Positions 1 to 13,000 of a stretch of 44,402 nucleotides of DNA are shown in pieces. The position numbers and the translations under genes are program-made. The DNA is from Catajapyx aquilonaris. Lineage: Eukaryota. The stretch spans positions 62,001-106,402 of the forward strand of contig JYFJ02002523.1 of assembly GCA_000934665.2 (NCBI GenBank), read 5' to 3'. Every line of letters begins with the position of its first letter. Position 1 is the stretch's first letter. Under the pieces are notes generated by a model. The model saw nothing but the letters and a program-made list of their open reading frames with translations, had not been told where the DNA came from and ran no database searches.

Positions 1-3000
1 CCGCTTTATTACCACACGTGTTTTCTCGCCGGAGAGAAGAAGATGCCCAAGCCAACAAGGTCTTCAGAATTATGGCATCGAGGTACACTCTTGGTCATAT
101 AACATGTCCATATGAGGTATAAAAAAAATGAAATGCATATTCATGTTCTCTTGAAAGTTAGAAAATTCCAGCTTCAAAAATTAACACTGGTGTGAATAAT
201 TGAAGAATTGTCCTAATTTATTTTCATGCAAATAAGGTTTGGATAAGGCAGGTGCATCAAGTATTCCTAACCTCATATAGGAAAATTATAGGTAACCGTA
301 ATAATGAGAATGCACGTGTAGAAGGAAAGGTGGCTTGTTCACACATAGGGCGTGGTCATATAACAAGGTAATTAACTCTTCAGTTAGAAAATATCGGTTG
401 TTAATAAATGAAATTCAAATATTGGAAGTGATTAAAAGGCTCGTCTTTGCAGACACCGGCTGCCGCATTGTTACTTCTGAATAGCAATTTGCTTCGTGAA
501 AGGAAAAACAGCCTTGGGCTAGACTTGTTTACCACAAACATTCCGCCTCCCAATATTTTTTTAAAAAAGAGTATTGAAACGGTGCTTCACAATTTTTTAT
601 TCCCTCCACCGCAAATTTTCCGCTTGAACTTTCAGAGATTATTTTTACGAGCTTATTGCAGCCGAATAAATCGGTAACGAACTTGTCGCATTTATCTCAA
701 AAACGAGCATGTAATTACGACATCAGAGAGATGCACACGGTTTCCAAGCAGAACCCGGTTGCAAAACGTTTCCACCTAATCCTAGGTCCCAGTTTAATTC
801 ATTTGCAGTTAACGCGAAGTAGATGACTATCTGGTCGAGTGGGGATCTAATTTGACGCGAAATACATGTACAAAGGATCACCCTGCAAATGATGCGTACA
901 CTATGCCCTTTTTCCTCCCACCCAAATCTGTCTGGTTAGGTCCACCCAATTTTGTGGCAGAGGGATAAAAATTTCGTTTCAAGCCTCAGAAAGAAAGGCA
1001 AAGTCCTGGTTTATAAAGGCGTATATGCCATCAAAATTGAGCAGGATTTTTTCCCCCCCTCCCTAGAACAAGTCTGGCCAATCCATCCTCAACAGGGCTT
1101 TCCTTCTCAGCGTGCTTGGATTGGAATAGGGATGTTAACCAAATAAGCCAGACCTAAACACCAACTGGGGAAACGGGAAGGGCGGGGGAGAAAACTGTGA
1201 GCGATAAATTGGTTGTAGCTTCCTTATAAGGTAATTTATGAGGGCACATTTGGGTGGAGCAAAAATCCAGAAATATTCGTCAGTAACGGTGAACAGGTTA
1301 ATACTCTGTAATATCTTGGTGTGATAACCTGCACAGTGATTGGAGAAAGCAAAAACTTGTCGGTGGTAGGTGCAACAAAAACTATATGAATTGTGCTTCA
1401 AGGTGATGAGACGCCTTGTGGTGTTTCGTGATAAAAATGTGGCACATCAGGTAGAGGCAAAAACAGTGGGCTTACTTGATTTATGGGAGGAAGATTATGA
1501 CTCCTTGAGTCCATAAGGTAATCAGGCTCAATATTCGTCAGGTTTAATTTGGAGGAGAGCAACGGCTCCATGTGGTGAAACATTTGGCCTCCAGGGGAAT
1601 ATGCATATGGGATTGCGTTGGACGCAAAATAGGCCGATTTGTTGAACAGGTTAACACTCCCACATTCGAATTAGGGACTCTAATGTATTCTGTTACAGGC
1701 CACCAGCATGATGAAACATGTAATGACTTATCATGAATTTATAGAGACAACGGCTAGAAAATTTCACTTCCTTACAAAAGGTCATGAGGTGCATATTCAG
1801 TTGAAAATGAATCTAAAAGCTTCTGCATGCACAGTACTGTCGTATGCAGCTTACTTACAGATATTTCCTGCTTAAGCGTACAGTGGACAGTGATTTAATG
1901 ATTTTAATCTGGTTTAGCCCTAAACACATTGATCACCTGGAATAATCACATATGCTGCCCCCAACTGTACTTCATAAGCTCTTTTTAAATGCAACATTAG
2001 GCATTTCCCAGCATTAACATATCGTTACTAAAGCAACTGCTTTGCAGGAACGTATGAATAAATTCAGACGAATCTCACCAGATGGGCGCGGTTGTGTACA
2101 GACACTGGTCCAAAAAAAGCGTACAAAAGAATATGTCTTTGTTGTAAGTCACGTTAAAGTCTGGACCTCAGGGTGGGGATGACCCTGTGTTATAACAAGA
2201 TGCGGTAACTTTTTCTCAAGCTCGTCATGGTTCAAAAGAGAGCGTTGTTGCGTCCCCATAACCGATGAGTGAGATACCAGACCAGCTTCAAGAGAGAAGT
2301 TCACCTAAAAGTGTCAGCCCTTGAGATTTACAGGCATTAAAATTATGCAGTTGTCCCTCTTTCTAATAAGCAAGCCATGGAAAGTGATGTGTGGCGCGAA
2401 ATTAGTTTCAAGTCACGCCCAGAAAAATGAGTTATCCACAAAGTTACGATATGCAATTGAAGATATGGAATATTAATGTATAATATTTTTTTTGTTTATC
2501 TTGGGTTTATCATCACTGGGCATGACACCATATTTTTGCGATCTTATTCAAATTATCATATAGCTATCTCCCAGAATACGAATGACGTAAAAATGTCAGA
2601 TGTGCAAAATTAGAAGCGGCATTTCCAGGTACAAGATAAATTTGCATAAACATCCTGGCAAGTTTCTATGGAAAGACGCATATGGCGTGGGCAATTGAGT
2701 CACTTCCTGGGAATCGGCTAAAAGTCAAAGGCCACGGTAGAGGATAAAAGATGCAAGATACTACAGAAATAAACCGGATGAATGGGGAACACTGATGGAA
2801 TACACTGCATATAAACCGAAAGAAGACCGGAAGAGACAGACACAAAAGTTAGACTTTTCTGAGAAACTTCAAAAGCCTATTAGCCTCGCTCCCTTGATTT
2901 TTTTTTTCCTCCCTACAGTTCCCTCCAGATTTTTCAAACTCGAGTTTTAGAACAGTGCAAATAACATCAGCCATATTACGCAGTGCTCCTTTTTTCCATA

Positions 3001-5470
3001 ATATATTAGTTTATAGTCTGACTTTGTTTCCTCGTGTGCCTTACCTCCAGGAAAGTTTGGAGGGGTAGAAACTGGAAGAAAACGACCCCCAATGTTGAAC
3101 TCTGATCAGCTTTTACCTTTTTGTAGCCTGGTCGATCCGTTACCCTCCCTCTCCCCATCTACCTTCCCCCTTCCCCCTAGTCCTGAAGCAATATTCCGGA
3201 CGTGGTGGGCAATTTATTCGGGCAAATCCGTCCGGAGACCCGGAGGTCCTCGTCCTTCTCCAAGCCCCATTTGTCTTGTCAATTGCCCTTTCTCCACGAC
3301 CCCACCGTCAGCGGTCGTGTTATATACGTATAATCCTGGATGCTGCTGGTTCGATCTTCTGGCTGCTGCCTGCTGGGGGGATATAGCCAAACTGCCAAAG
3401 TGTAAAGTGACACCTTTTTCTTCTTCAGAATTATCGGGAAGTGCTTTGATCGAGCTGATAACACGTAGACAGTGAGAAAAATTGCCGAATCTACAACACG
3501 AATAGTGCTGACATCTTATATCGAAAGAGATGGCAGGTTTGGTCCTTCCTACTATTTGAAGGTAGATAAAAGTTATAGCCACAAAATTACTAATGCAGCC
3601 CATCGCCTCGAGCTATATACAAAAGTGGTGCTAATGGCATCCAAATCTATGGAAGTCCGACCCAAACCCTTTTTAGGTCGTGGGAAATACTATCTTCCAC
3701 ATTTTCCAATATACTAAAAGTTTTCTGTCGCTCCTCCGACGGTCTGTCGAGAGAATTTACCAAGCAATTTGGTGACGGGTTTCAAATTCCCCATCTGCTG
3801 AGGATAGCATTACGCTAATTTCTTGGCCGCATTAAGAAACATCACATTCGTCTTTGCATTATCAGATATCTCGCATTCTCTTCTCCATTCCGAACGCCAC
3901 CGGTTCCCCCTCATATAATGGTCTTTTATGAGTGCACGAAAAGGTGGTCGACTCGTTTGGACCCGTGATGTTCTAAAGTCATCATGCACGTGACTCCATC
4001 TAAAACTCTAGCCCCCATTTTCCTTTTTTTTTATTCGTAGAGACTTATGATCAGTTTGGCTGGTTTATACGTACCGCAGTAATCACGATAATGTCACACG
4101 GAATGGTAATTAACTAGTCGCACGTATGCTATAGAAAGACTATAATAAAGCGGCGATTAAAGTAAAGTGTAAGGAGTTGATTTCATTGGGCGACAGCTAA
4201 TAAAACGGAAAGCTATTTTATTATAGAACTGGCCAGTTGCAGAACTAGTTGCGCGAAAGTACCCAGAGCCTTACGGCCGCAATCAGGTCGTAAATCCACG
4301 TCGCAGTAATTAGCACTGGACACAATACGAAATAATTGGCGCCTTATAAACATGTTTGCTTTATGGTTGATTCCGGCCGTGATAATTGTATGAAACCAGC
4401 TCCAGTTACAATGTGATTAGAAGAAAAATCAACATATAAAAGACGTCTTGAATAGTGTACAGTACCATAAATATCAAGTACTTGTTCTTATTATTATGAA
4501 CAGGTATAGGCCTACTTTAATAATTTCACTACATCACAGTACAGTGTATTTTCTGCGACTTCAGTCCTTTTGTATAGCACAGTATTCACTAACACAAGCA
4601 ATGTGACTATACGACCCAACCAATATGCGATTTGGGTACCTTCCCAAAGATATCCTCCCATAAATAAAAATAAGGGCCTACAGCTAAGTAATTCCAGGCA
4701 GAGAGAGGCACCCTTTAGCCCCTCCACGCTCCAATTTGGCCTGAGCCATTAGGCACAACATTCGCGATTAAGCCAACCCGAAATGAAAGCATTTGGCCAG
4801 GTGCGGCCAGCGCCCAAATGAAAAGCAGTGCACTTTAGGAAGGTTTTCGGCCTCCAGTAAAAGGAAGTCCGCTTGCCAGCAATGTCAGCACTAGTCATAC
4901 TCTGGAGTCCCAAATAACAGCAACACGCACTACACTCCAGACACTCTCACCGCGTCCTGAATAATTTGTAAGTGAAGCAAGTATATACACTTTGTCTGGA
5001 TTCTCGTTACGCATATTAGTATAAATAGCTGCTTGCCTTACAGTGGATGCCCTTTTGAGTTCTCAAAAGTGGGGTTGGAGGAAGGTTTGCAGGAGAGGTT
5101 TGTCTGTCAACGTGGTCCAGAAGCTTGCCATGTGTTTGGTTTCAGGGTAGGGATAGAGTACTTACCCCCAGACGTGTGAACGGAGGGATAAGTGGGAGGT
5201 CTTTATGGGATGATGATGACGGGGCCAGGCTGCGCTTGTTATTGGAAGTTAGTGTTGCATGGTGGCGTACTAATCGTGTGTATCATACGGTACCTGAAGT
5301 TATGGCAAAGTTAACTTCGATGTGTTTGCGATTTTCCAGGTTGTAGCCAATTAGCACTGTAACAAGGATCCACAAAAATAATATACAATTTCAAATATTG
5401 TTTCATGTAGACGAGCTGTGTAGCATACTTATTTCCTGCCAATTATTATTGTGGACACTAGTTCGTTCGG

Positions 5471-5539
5471 ATCCTGTAAGTGCCACTACTTGCGAGACAT
5501 TCGTGAGGTATGTAACGCAGGTAGTGGCAATTACAGGAT
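5471..5539 (+). other. 69-nt near-perfect hairpin (pre-miRNA-sized, or a tiny palindromic element)
   Basis: atcctgtaagtgccactacttgcg versus cgcaggtagtggcaattacaggat: 22/24 Watson-Crick pairs, one G.U and one mismatch on +, plus an inner acat/atgt helix. Confidence 0.7.
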
Positions 5540-8500
5540 ATCAAATTTATTGCAGCCAACTGTAGCCCCACCTTATACATGAGTACTGTACATTATTCTG
5601 TGAATTTTCCAGAGCTAAAAAACGTTTGACGTCGTATACAGAAGTTTACCCTGGTTTAATTCATTTCAAATTTGTCATATTCCTCGTGTATGAAAAGAGA
5701 CTCATTGAACCCGCAGTGGATATTAAACTCCAGGGGTCCACTGCTCTCCTATGGTGACTGCCTCTAGCCCGTTTCATTTTGTCTCCACTTCCCCAAATAC
5801 TGACAGAAGACTCGCAATTTATTGTGGAATTAAAACAGCCTGCTAATCGATCCATGTGATGATTTCATATGGCATGGAAAATTGCGATGGTGATCATGTC
5901 GCTGAGGATCATTATTTAGCATCAACGTAACATATCTTTACTCATACAGTATACATTCTGGCGTATACTACACCTGAGACAAGGTGTCATTCTAATTCTG
6001 TGAGTTAAACTCGATCATCTAGATTAGTTGGCGCAATCAAAAAAATCCACTTCAAGCAGTAAACATTCGAATATCTACTTAATCAGATTGATCAGGAGGT
6101 ACGTATAGAATAATCCGGAAACTAACTTCACACCAATAAAAAGTTGTCACAGCTCATTTTTGTAATCTCAACAAATCAAAGCCCTTCACATTTTCGGGCG
6201 AGGTTGTTCTTCTTTGCTCTCTAAAAAATTAAATAATTAAAGCACAATCTTTGGTTCATCGCGCTCGTAGAAACACTTTAACTCGACCCATTTCTAGGGC
6301 TGGAGAGGTTCCTTGATAATTAATTGGTAGGTTCTATCTTGCCCCATATAAAAGTAGTAAAAGTGGTTCGCTGCATATTACCGGGGCTGACGTATGTCTC
6401 GTGTACAGTACAGCGAGCTCATTATGTGAACACATTGCGCTGATAGACCGTTTCATCACCGAGGAACTACGTCTTCATTACTCTGTCTAGACTAGGGCGT
6501 GCACAACCTTTTCGTTTTCGAACTTATTCAACTCCTAAAAAGAGAGTATTTTTTGCACCCATGACAAATGTCTTCCTCTCTGCACCTAAAAATATTCCTA
6601 TAAGGACCGGATATATTTTTTGTCCACCCCAGGTATAGACAACTCCCCCGGTTCTTCCGCTTCAACTTTTAAGCCATACATTTTCTTTCTTATGACGATC
6701 TTTTGCATGACTTTAAAAGAATACTTTATACGGTGGGTATCCCAATTAGGGGAAGCTGAGGTTTCTTCAATCTAAGGCAGGCACGTAATTTCAATCTAAT
6801 CCAGCTTCCCCCCCCCCCATCACATGGCCCTCCCCCAAAAATGAGACATCAAAAACCCAAAAAAGGTTTTTCGTAGAGCGAGAGATCCAAGTGCAATTTG
6901 TTCCGCACCAGCCGAGCAAAGCTCATCTATATCTCAGCCCCAGTTTTTCTTCCTCAATCTCAGCATGAGAGGAATGCGATGCGTGCCAGAAAACTATTCC
7001 CTCGAACCATAGTCCGTGGGAGAAACACCGAGGTACTGTCAAGACGGCGGAAGAACGAAGAGTGAAAAAAAACGTATGACGAATGTTGGCATTATCGCCC
7101 ATGGTGTTATTCTGCGTTAAATTGGGGGCATGTTTTGCTTGAGGAGAAACCAATTGTGCATTTTTGCTGGTTCGTGTCTGAGTCACGATGTATCGCCAAG
7201 ACTTCAAGATGGCGACTATGGTGCTGGCATGTAATATTCTATAATTTAGTACCCAAAAATCTATATGGTGTAGACCTCGACCGTCATTCATCATTACCAT
7301 AATATTACATTTTCCTATATGTTAGTGATAAAAAGCAGCTAAAAATCAATTCATGTGATGTGCATAGTAGCCCTACATCTACAAGGAGCACTGGTTGAGC
7401 AGGTGAACCAGTTTGTGTACATGCATAGTATTTTTAATGAATTTGGAAAAAAATGCAATATTTGTGTGTGCATATTGGTAGTATGATTTTAAATATCAAC
7501 CGCTGAAATGATATTTAAAATAACATGTAATCGCTACTATTATATGGAGGAATTGTGCCAAGTTAGTGTTCCCCCCCCAAAAAACCGTGTAGACATTCCA
7601 CAGACATCTCTATTTTTTGTGAGGGTAAAGAAGGGTGTAAGACCGGGCCCGTGTGTGATGTAGGCTCCAATTTCATGCATGTGCGAGCAGTGTCACACAC
7701 AACCCCTTTCACCTAACAACCTACCAACCGACGTACCGAATGATTACGTGTAGTTCTCCTGAGGGTAATTTGCAGTTCCTGTAAAGTGTCCCTCTACCAT
7801 CACCCTCCCACCTCTTCCACCCTCCCCTTCAGCACCTCCCAACCACACATAACTGATGGCATTGTCGGCGGACGGAGCAGCCATGCAGTATTTATATTCG
7901 TTTAGGACCCATTCGAGCGGCTTGGCGCCAAATGCCTACGGCAAACGCATAACTCGTGCACCACAAAAACCAACATTGTGCCAGCGTATTACCGCCAGGT
8001 GGGAGTTCAGGTATTCAATATGGCCGCAGTCTGATGAATATAAACTAATTGGCACTTTGTGTCTGTACGGTCCTCACTATGAGGCCTATTTCATTATCTA
8101 AAGCAGCAGAAGAAGTGGTCTGAAAGGCGATCTGAACCGCTTTAAAATGTTTAGATGAATCCTACTCCACAGTACACATCAAAAGGAATTCCTATTGCTC
8201 ATACCTGGCATCAAAGTACGCCATGCAGTAATAATATATTATTCAAAAACCCTGGAGATAGTCATGCAGGGCTGCTTCTCTCTTATTATTTTCAGAATTG
8301 GTTCATTTCAAAGGAGCAGGCCAGTGTACAAGATGTCTCAGACGGTTAATTCGTAGACTCAGCACTGCTGTATTTCACAGGGTATATCCAAGTCAGGTAT
8401 CGACTTCCCCATCGCATTCTTGTTACCACGTGTCCAGCCCTACAACTAGCACCGCCTAGGCACTAATTTTACTGTCGGCACCTTGTATCACACCCGACGC

Positions 8501-9902
8501 GGCTATTAATCCGCAGTTTTATCAGCGACAGAAACAAGCCCGCTGAAATCTAAACGTTCGGCTATTTTTTGGCGGTTGGTAACCCCAACCCGGTGTAACC
8601 CAGCACTCATCTTCATCGCCTCCTCATCAAGTCGTAAAACTTCCGGAGGACCCTGGGTTTTCTACCACCATTTTTTTCTTCCTCTTTTCTGAAACGACAA
8701 ATAACCCGGGCGTGGAAACAGACCAGACTCAGCTGATACGGGATCAGTTTTCACATAAAGGATGTGTCCGGCTGGTGTTCGAGATATACGGGGTATCAAA
8801 ACTGGGGTGAGACAAACCGTAACGAGGACGTGTCCACTTCCCCAAGGCAAACAAGGAACCAGGGAGCTATGTCAACCCCTGGAGACGATTCCAATTATCT
8901 GTCAAGTCTCCAACCGAGTCGGAGGGGCCATCCTCAACACATCTTTACAGGTCAAAAAACACGTAGGTACAAATTTTGGTCCGGCTGACAGCCAGTTGTC
9001 ATTGGAATTTCAAATCTCGTCATTGTTTGGGGGCGGTCTAGGTTTGGGTCGGTTTGACAAATGGGGTTTGGCCTTATGGATTCCTGTGGTATTTCCAGCT
9101 CCCCTTTTGGGTTTTTTTTTGGATGGTTAACGACTGGTAGAGAATTGTTTACCGTTCCTGGAAAAAAGTCTCCCCTAGTCTGGACTGACACCAAATATTT
9201 ACCCAAGTTGTTTCAAAACAATGCAACGAGGGGAACCATGACTAGCAGAAAACCTATGTTCTAATTGACCAATTCAGACGTCAAATCCGATCAGTTAGCC
9301 CTATGCTGTGATCAAGCTCCCGCCCAGCGCACAATTCCAAAATGCCCCCTAATCGGATTATGGACTCAAATCCACTTTTCCTTTGCCCACTGTATGGATC
9401 TGCCTTTACAAATTTTGCTTCGTAGAAATAAGATCTTTAGGGAGCGCCTCTCGCTCTCTCTTTTTCTTCTGTTCCTTCCGAGGCTTTTCTTGAGCTGGAG
9501 GGGTCTTGGGTTCAAGTTTTTGGGGGCCGAGGGGAATCTTCTTTACGCCCATACGACCGCACTCATTCCGTGTCCTGCAGAATGTCAATAAGGGAACTGG
9601 AAGGTGTCTTATGCTGTGAGAGCGCCTTCTCCAAACTGGCATGTGCACTACTCGTGTGGAAGACTCGAGTGTGTTTTACCCCCCAAAAAATGTGACGAAA
9701 CTTAAAACTAGCTAGGACATGTGGAACATTTTCTACGATATTGCGGTACTCTGTCTGTGGGTCTGAAACTATATTTTATGCCTCAGTTGCTTTAAAAATA
9801 ACTGGTACAAGCTTAATTTTGTTAAGGATTATTACTCCGCATAATCGACTTATCTGAATAATCGCATGTGATGTGTTATCCACTGTACTACAGTCCTTTA
9901 AG

Positions 9903-10050
9903 CGAAAGAACTATCTGACGTCACACCAGCGATGCTTTCTGAGCATGCGCAATAGCATACTTGCAGAGCGATTCGGGGACATCAGACATGATATAGGAGG
10001 GAATAGTCGGGTAGAGGCGGGGCTGAACGTGACGTCAGATCGTTCTTTGG
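9903..10050. mobile_element. MITE family A, copy 1 (22-bp TIR ccaaagaacgatctgacgtcac, 2 mismatches in the left TIR)
   Basis: Terminal inverted repeats, no ORF, and clear internal similarity to 28518-28639 (ttctgagcatgcgcaatag, ggcggggctgaa). Confidence 0.85.
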
Positions 10051-13000
10051 TGTAACTTGACCACAAAAGTAACCTGGAAAAGTTACTTTTCTACGTAAGT
10101 AACTTACAAACTCTATAGTCCTGCCCAGTTGTCAAACTCGGGGTCAACCTGTATAGGCAGACGCCTAGACATTAGACAGACATTTTGAGATGTACGATCC
10201 AGATACTGCATAACGACTGGGGCTGAATCAAGCTTGTTTTTGGTGCCAGTACATGTTACCGCATGCTATTATGAAACTTTTGGAGGCAGGTGTTAAAACG
10301 TAAACTTTTGAAAACATGGCCAAAATATTGTGCACATAACTGTGCTCACCGGTTTAATGTTGCCGCGCCCTAATGACCTCCCGGTGTCCACTTAGATGTG
10401 AATAGATGGTTGCATGTGCTGCAAGGGGGCGTTGTTGTGAGATTTTTTACGCCTATCTAAGGAGCACTTTTCTGGCAAGGGGGGGCCCAAGCCGAGGCCA
10501 GATTAAAAGCTTTGTCCTTGTTTTCGACCCCTTCTGTAAAAGGCCGTGTCCTGGCTTTAGGCCAGTCTGATATGCTATACATTGTAGTCAGTAATCGCAA
10601 GCCGAAGAAGCGGCAAAGAAAAGGGGCCATATGCCGCCAGCGAAAACTAAAGCCATTATCAAAGAGAACAAGGCTGAAGACACCATTTTGTTCCCACAGA
10701 ACCACATTTCCATATGTTGTATCCTTCTGAACTTAAAAGTGTTTCACACATCTGAATAATACAATGTATTGACATAATAATTTTTCTATTGCACCATTCA
10801 TATCCTGTATGTCACATGCCACCTAGTCCGAAACGAGACTCATTAAACATTCACTTTGAGTAACCGGATTGTCACTCCTGCGTTGTAAATCATGCATAAT
10901 TGTGGCTCGCGTCTAGGGAAGACACTTGTGTACATGTTATTCATTAAACATGTCAGCTTTCATCAAACGCCAAGCTTCAAAGGTAGCTACCGTGAGCCAA
11001 AAGGACAAAAAAACTAAATAAATAAATAAATAACTGGCGCTACTCCATCCACGACATACATGCAGTATAGCACAATGTTTCATGCCTCACATTTTTTACA
11101 CAGTACTTGTAATCAGTAGGGGAATTCAACTCGCTCCATGAGTTATTAGCGCGGATCAGGTAATACCCCCTGAGGTGCTCAGGCTTTTTTAGTGAATCGG
11201 TTTCCCTTGACCTATATCTACTTGTCACAATAAGTGGTCATTTTGGTCTCGGGAAATTACACTCAACGGGATTTCTTACATGCCAAGTGATTTTTTGTGT
11301 GCTAAAAATGCGTATGGGTGGTCGCGTGAAAATTTACGGATCTTGTAGCACGTATAGCTGAAAAAAATCTTGATTAAATATGGGGAATAAAAAAATGTGT
11401 GTGGTACATTGAAACCTTTAGATACTTTCTTCCGTGTTTTCCAGGATGTCATGGAAATTAACATTTCTAAATTAAACGCGGTACATTTGAGCATTAATCA
11501 ATCCTGCCTGCAGCGACCTTCACTTGATTGCTGCGAGGTGCTAGAAAAAGTGCATCCACAGCAACATTTTGTCGCATGATGCAGCAGTTGCCAAACCAAC
11601 CCTACACTGTATGATTGCACTGCACCAGTATGATCAAGTTCAAAAGCCGCAAGGTGCTCGTTAAAGTCAGTATTACTGTACTTAAACATCATGGTGGCAG
11701 GATGAATGGTACATGCAAATTACAGGGCGCGAAAGTGCGCCATTGACCTGCTGCAATGTACACAATTTGTTTTCGTAAACGTGTGACCTGTTACTATACT
11801 GTTTATCAAGCACCGTACGATCATAGTAACCGCCAATTTTTTAATGAATTAACAGAACCCTTGGCTAGATTCGGAAGCTTTCACTGTAGAACTTATTGAA
11901 TTTTCATTGCCCGGACACAAAATTGCGATGTGACCACGTGCCCCTGACTTATTATATCGGTCGACTCGGGAACCCGGAGTGATTTCTGGTCTCGGATAAA
12001 ACTGGTTGTGCAAGAGGACAAAGCCCGGAGGAGTGATTCAGTGTCGGAATCGACCCCACCTCTCATTTCCTCCGCTTTTCCTTCAATGCACTAAAGACCA
12101 TTTCCTTCTCCCAAGGTGATTAATCTTCTGAAGGAAAAATCACCTCGGAGGTTTACCCACAAAATTCGTTTGGACATATACTTTTGTAAAAAAAAACTTT
12201 CCAGGGTTGACAGAAATGTCTTGCCCTGAAGGTGTAACGGCCATCTTGACAACTCATAATTTCCTTGTAGTTTGATCTCCTCATAATTAGGAATATTAAT
12301 GTCGTAGGGCCAAGTATCCGATGTGGGTTCCCACTTTTTCATTCTGAAAATGCCACACATGCTATTCCATAATCAATTTTATGACTTAACAAGGTCAGTC
12401 GTGATTAAGTTAATTGAGGCCAATTCATACACCTGGCAATGGCAATTTCAATAACCGGTTGATACCCCACCACAAAAGGGGTCCTCCCAGAACAATTTTT
12501 TTTCTTCTTCTTCCAAAAAAGAGGCATTCCGTGACCTTTCCCAAACACACGGTGGACTTGTCCTGCATTCCAGCTTCACAATAGGCACGGGAGGGGATTT
12601 AATTTACGACAATCGCGGCTTTAGACCTGGGGACCTCCCTCCACCAAAAGTTTGAATTGCTGGCCAACACTGATGGATGGGGACAAGGGCGTCGGGAACC
12701 CGCGACAAGGTGCCGGCTACAGAAAAAGACCCGCAAAGTTGGTTCATTAAGCTCCCTTTCCCGTGGTTTTTAGGATCCCAACAGAAAAGGAGAGTTTTTT
12801 TTAAAGAGGGCAATTACAGGGTTAGAAACAAACCGTTCCGATTGTGGTTATACCGCACCGCAAGAAATTCTGGGTGACAAATAGTAGCACCCCGACCTAC
12901 GGGTTAAGCCCAACCTGATACCGGAAGCTGTCAAGAAACCCTTTCTTGTAGGGACAATGCGATGCCTATAAAGTACTCGTAGCAGGACTCTTCCAATGAA

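Noticed and set aside
1398..1670. Protein-like - strand reading (…YAYSPGGQMFHHMEPLLSSKLNLTNIEPDYLMDSRSHNLPPINQ) ending at a GTAAGC donor
   Set aside because: In-frame stop at ~1671 with no plausible acceptor or promoter in between, and no recognised homology.
3214..3603. 129-aa - strand ORF in a GC-rich block
   Set aside because: No homology recognised, no convincing splice boundaries, and overlapped by an equally long + strand ORF.
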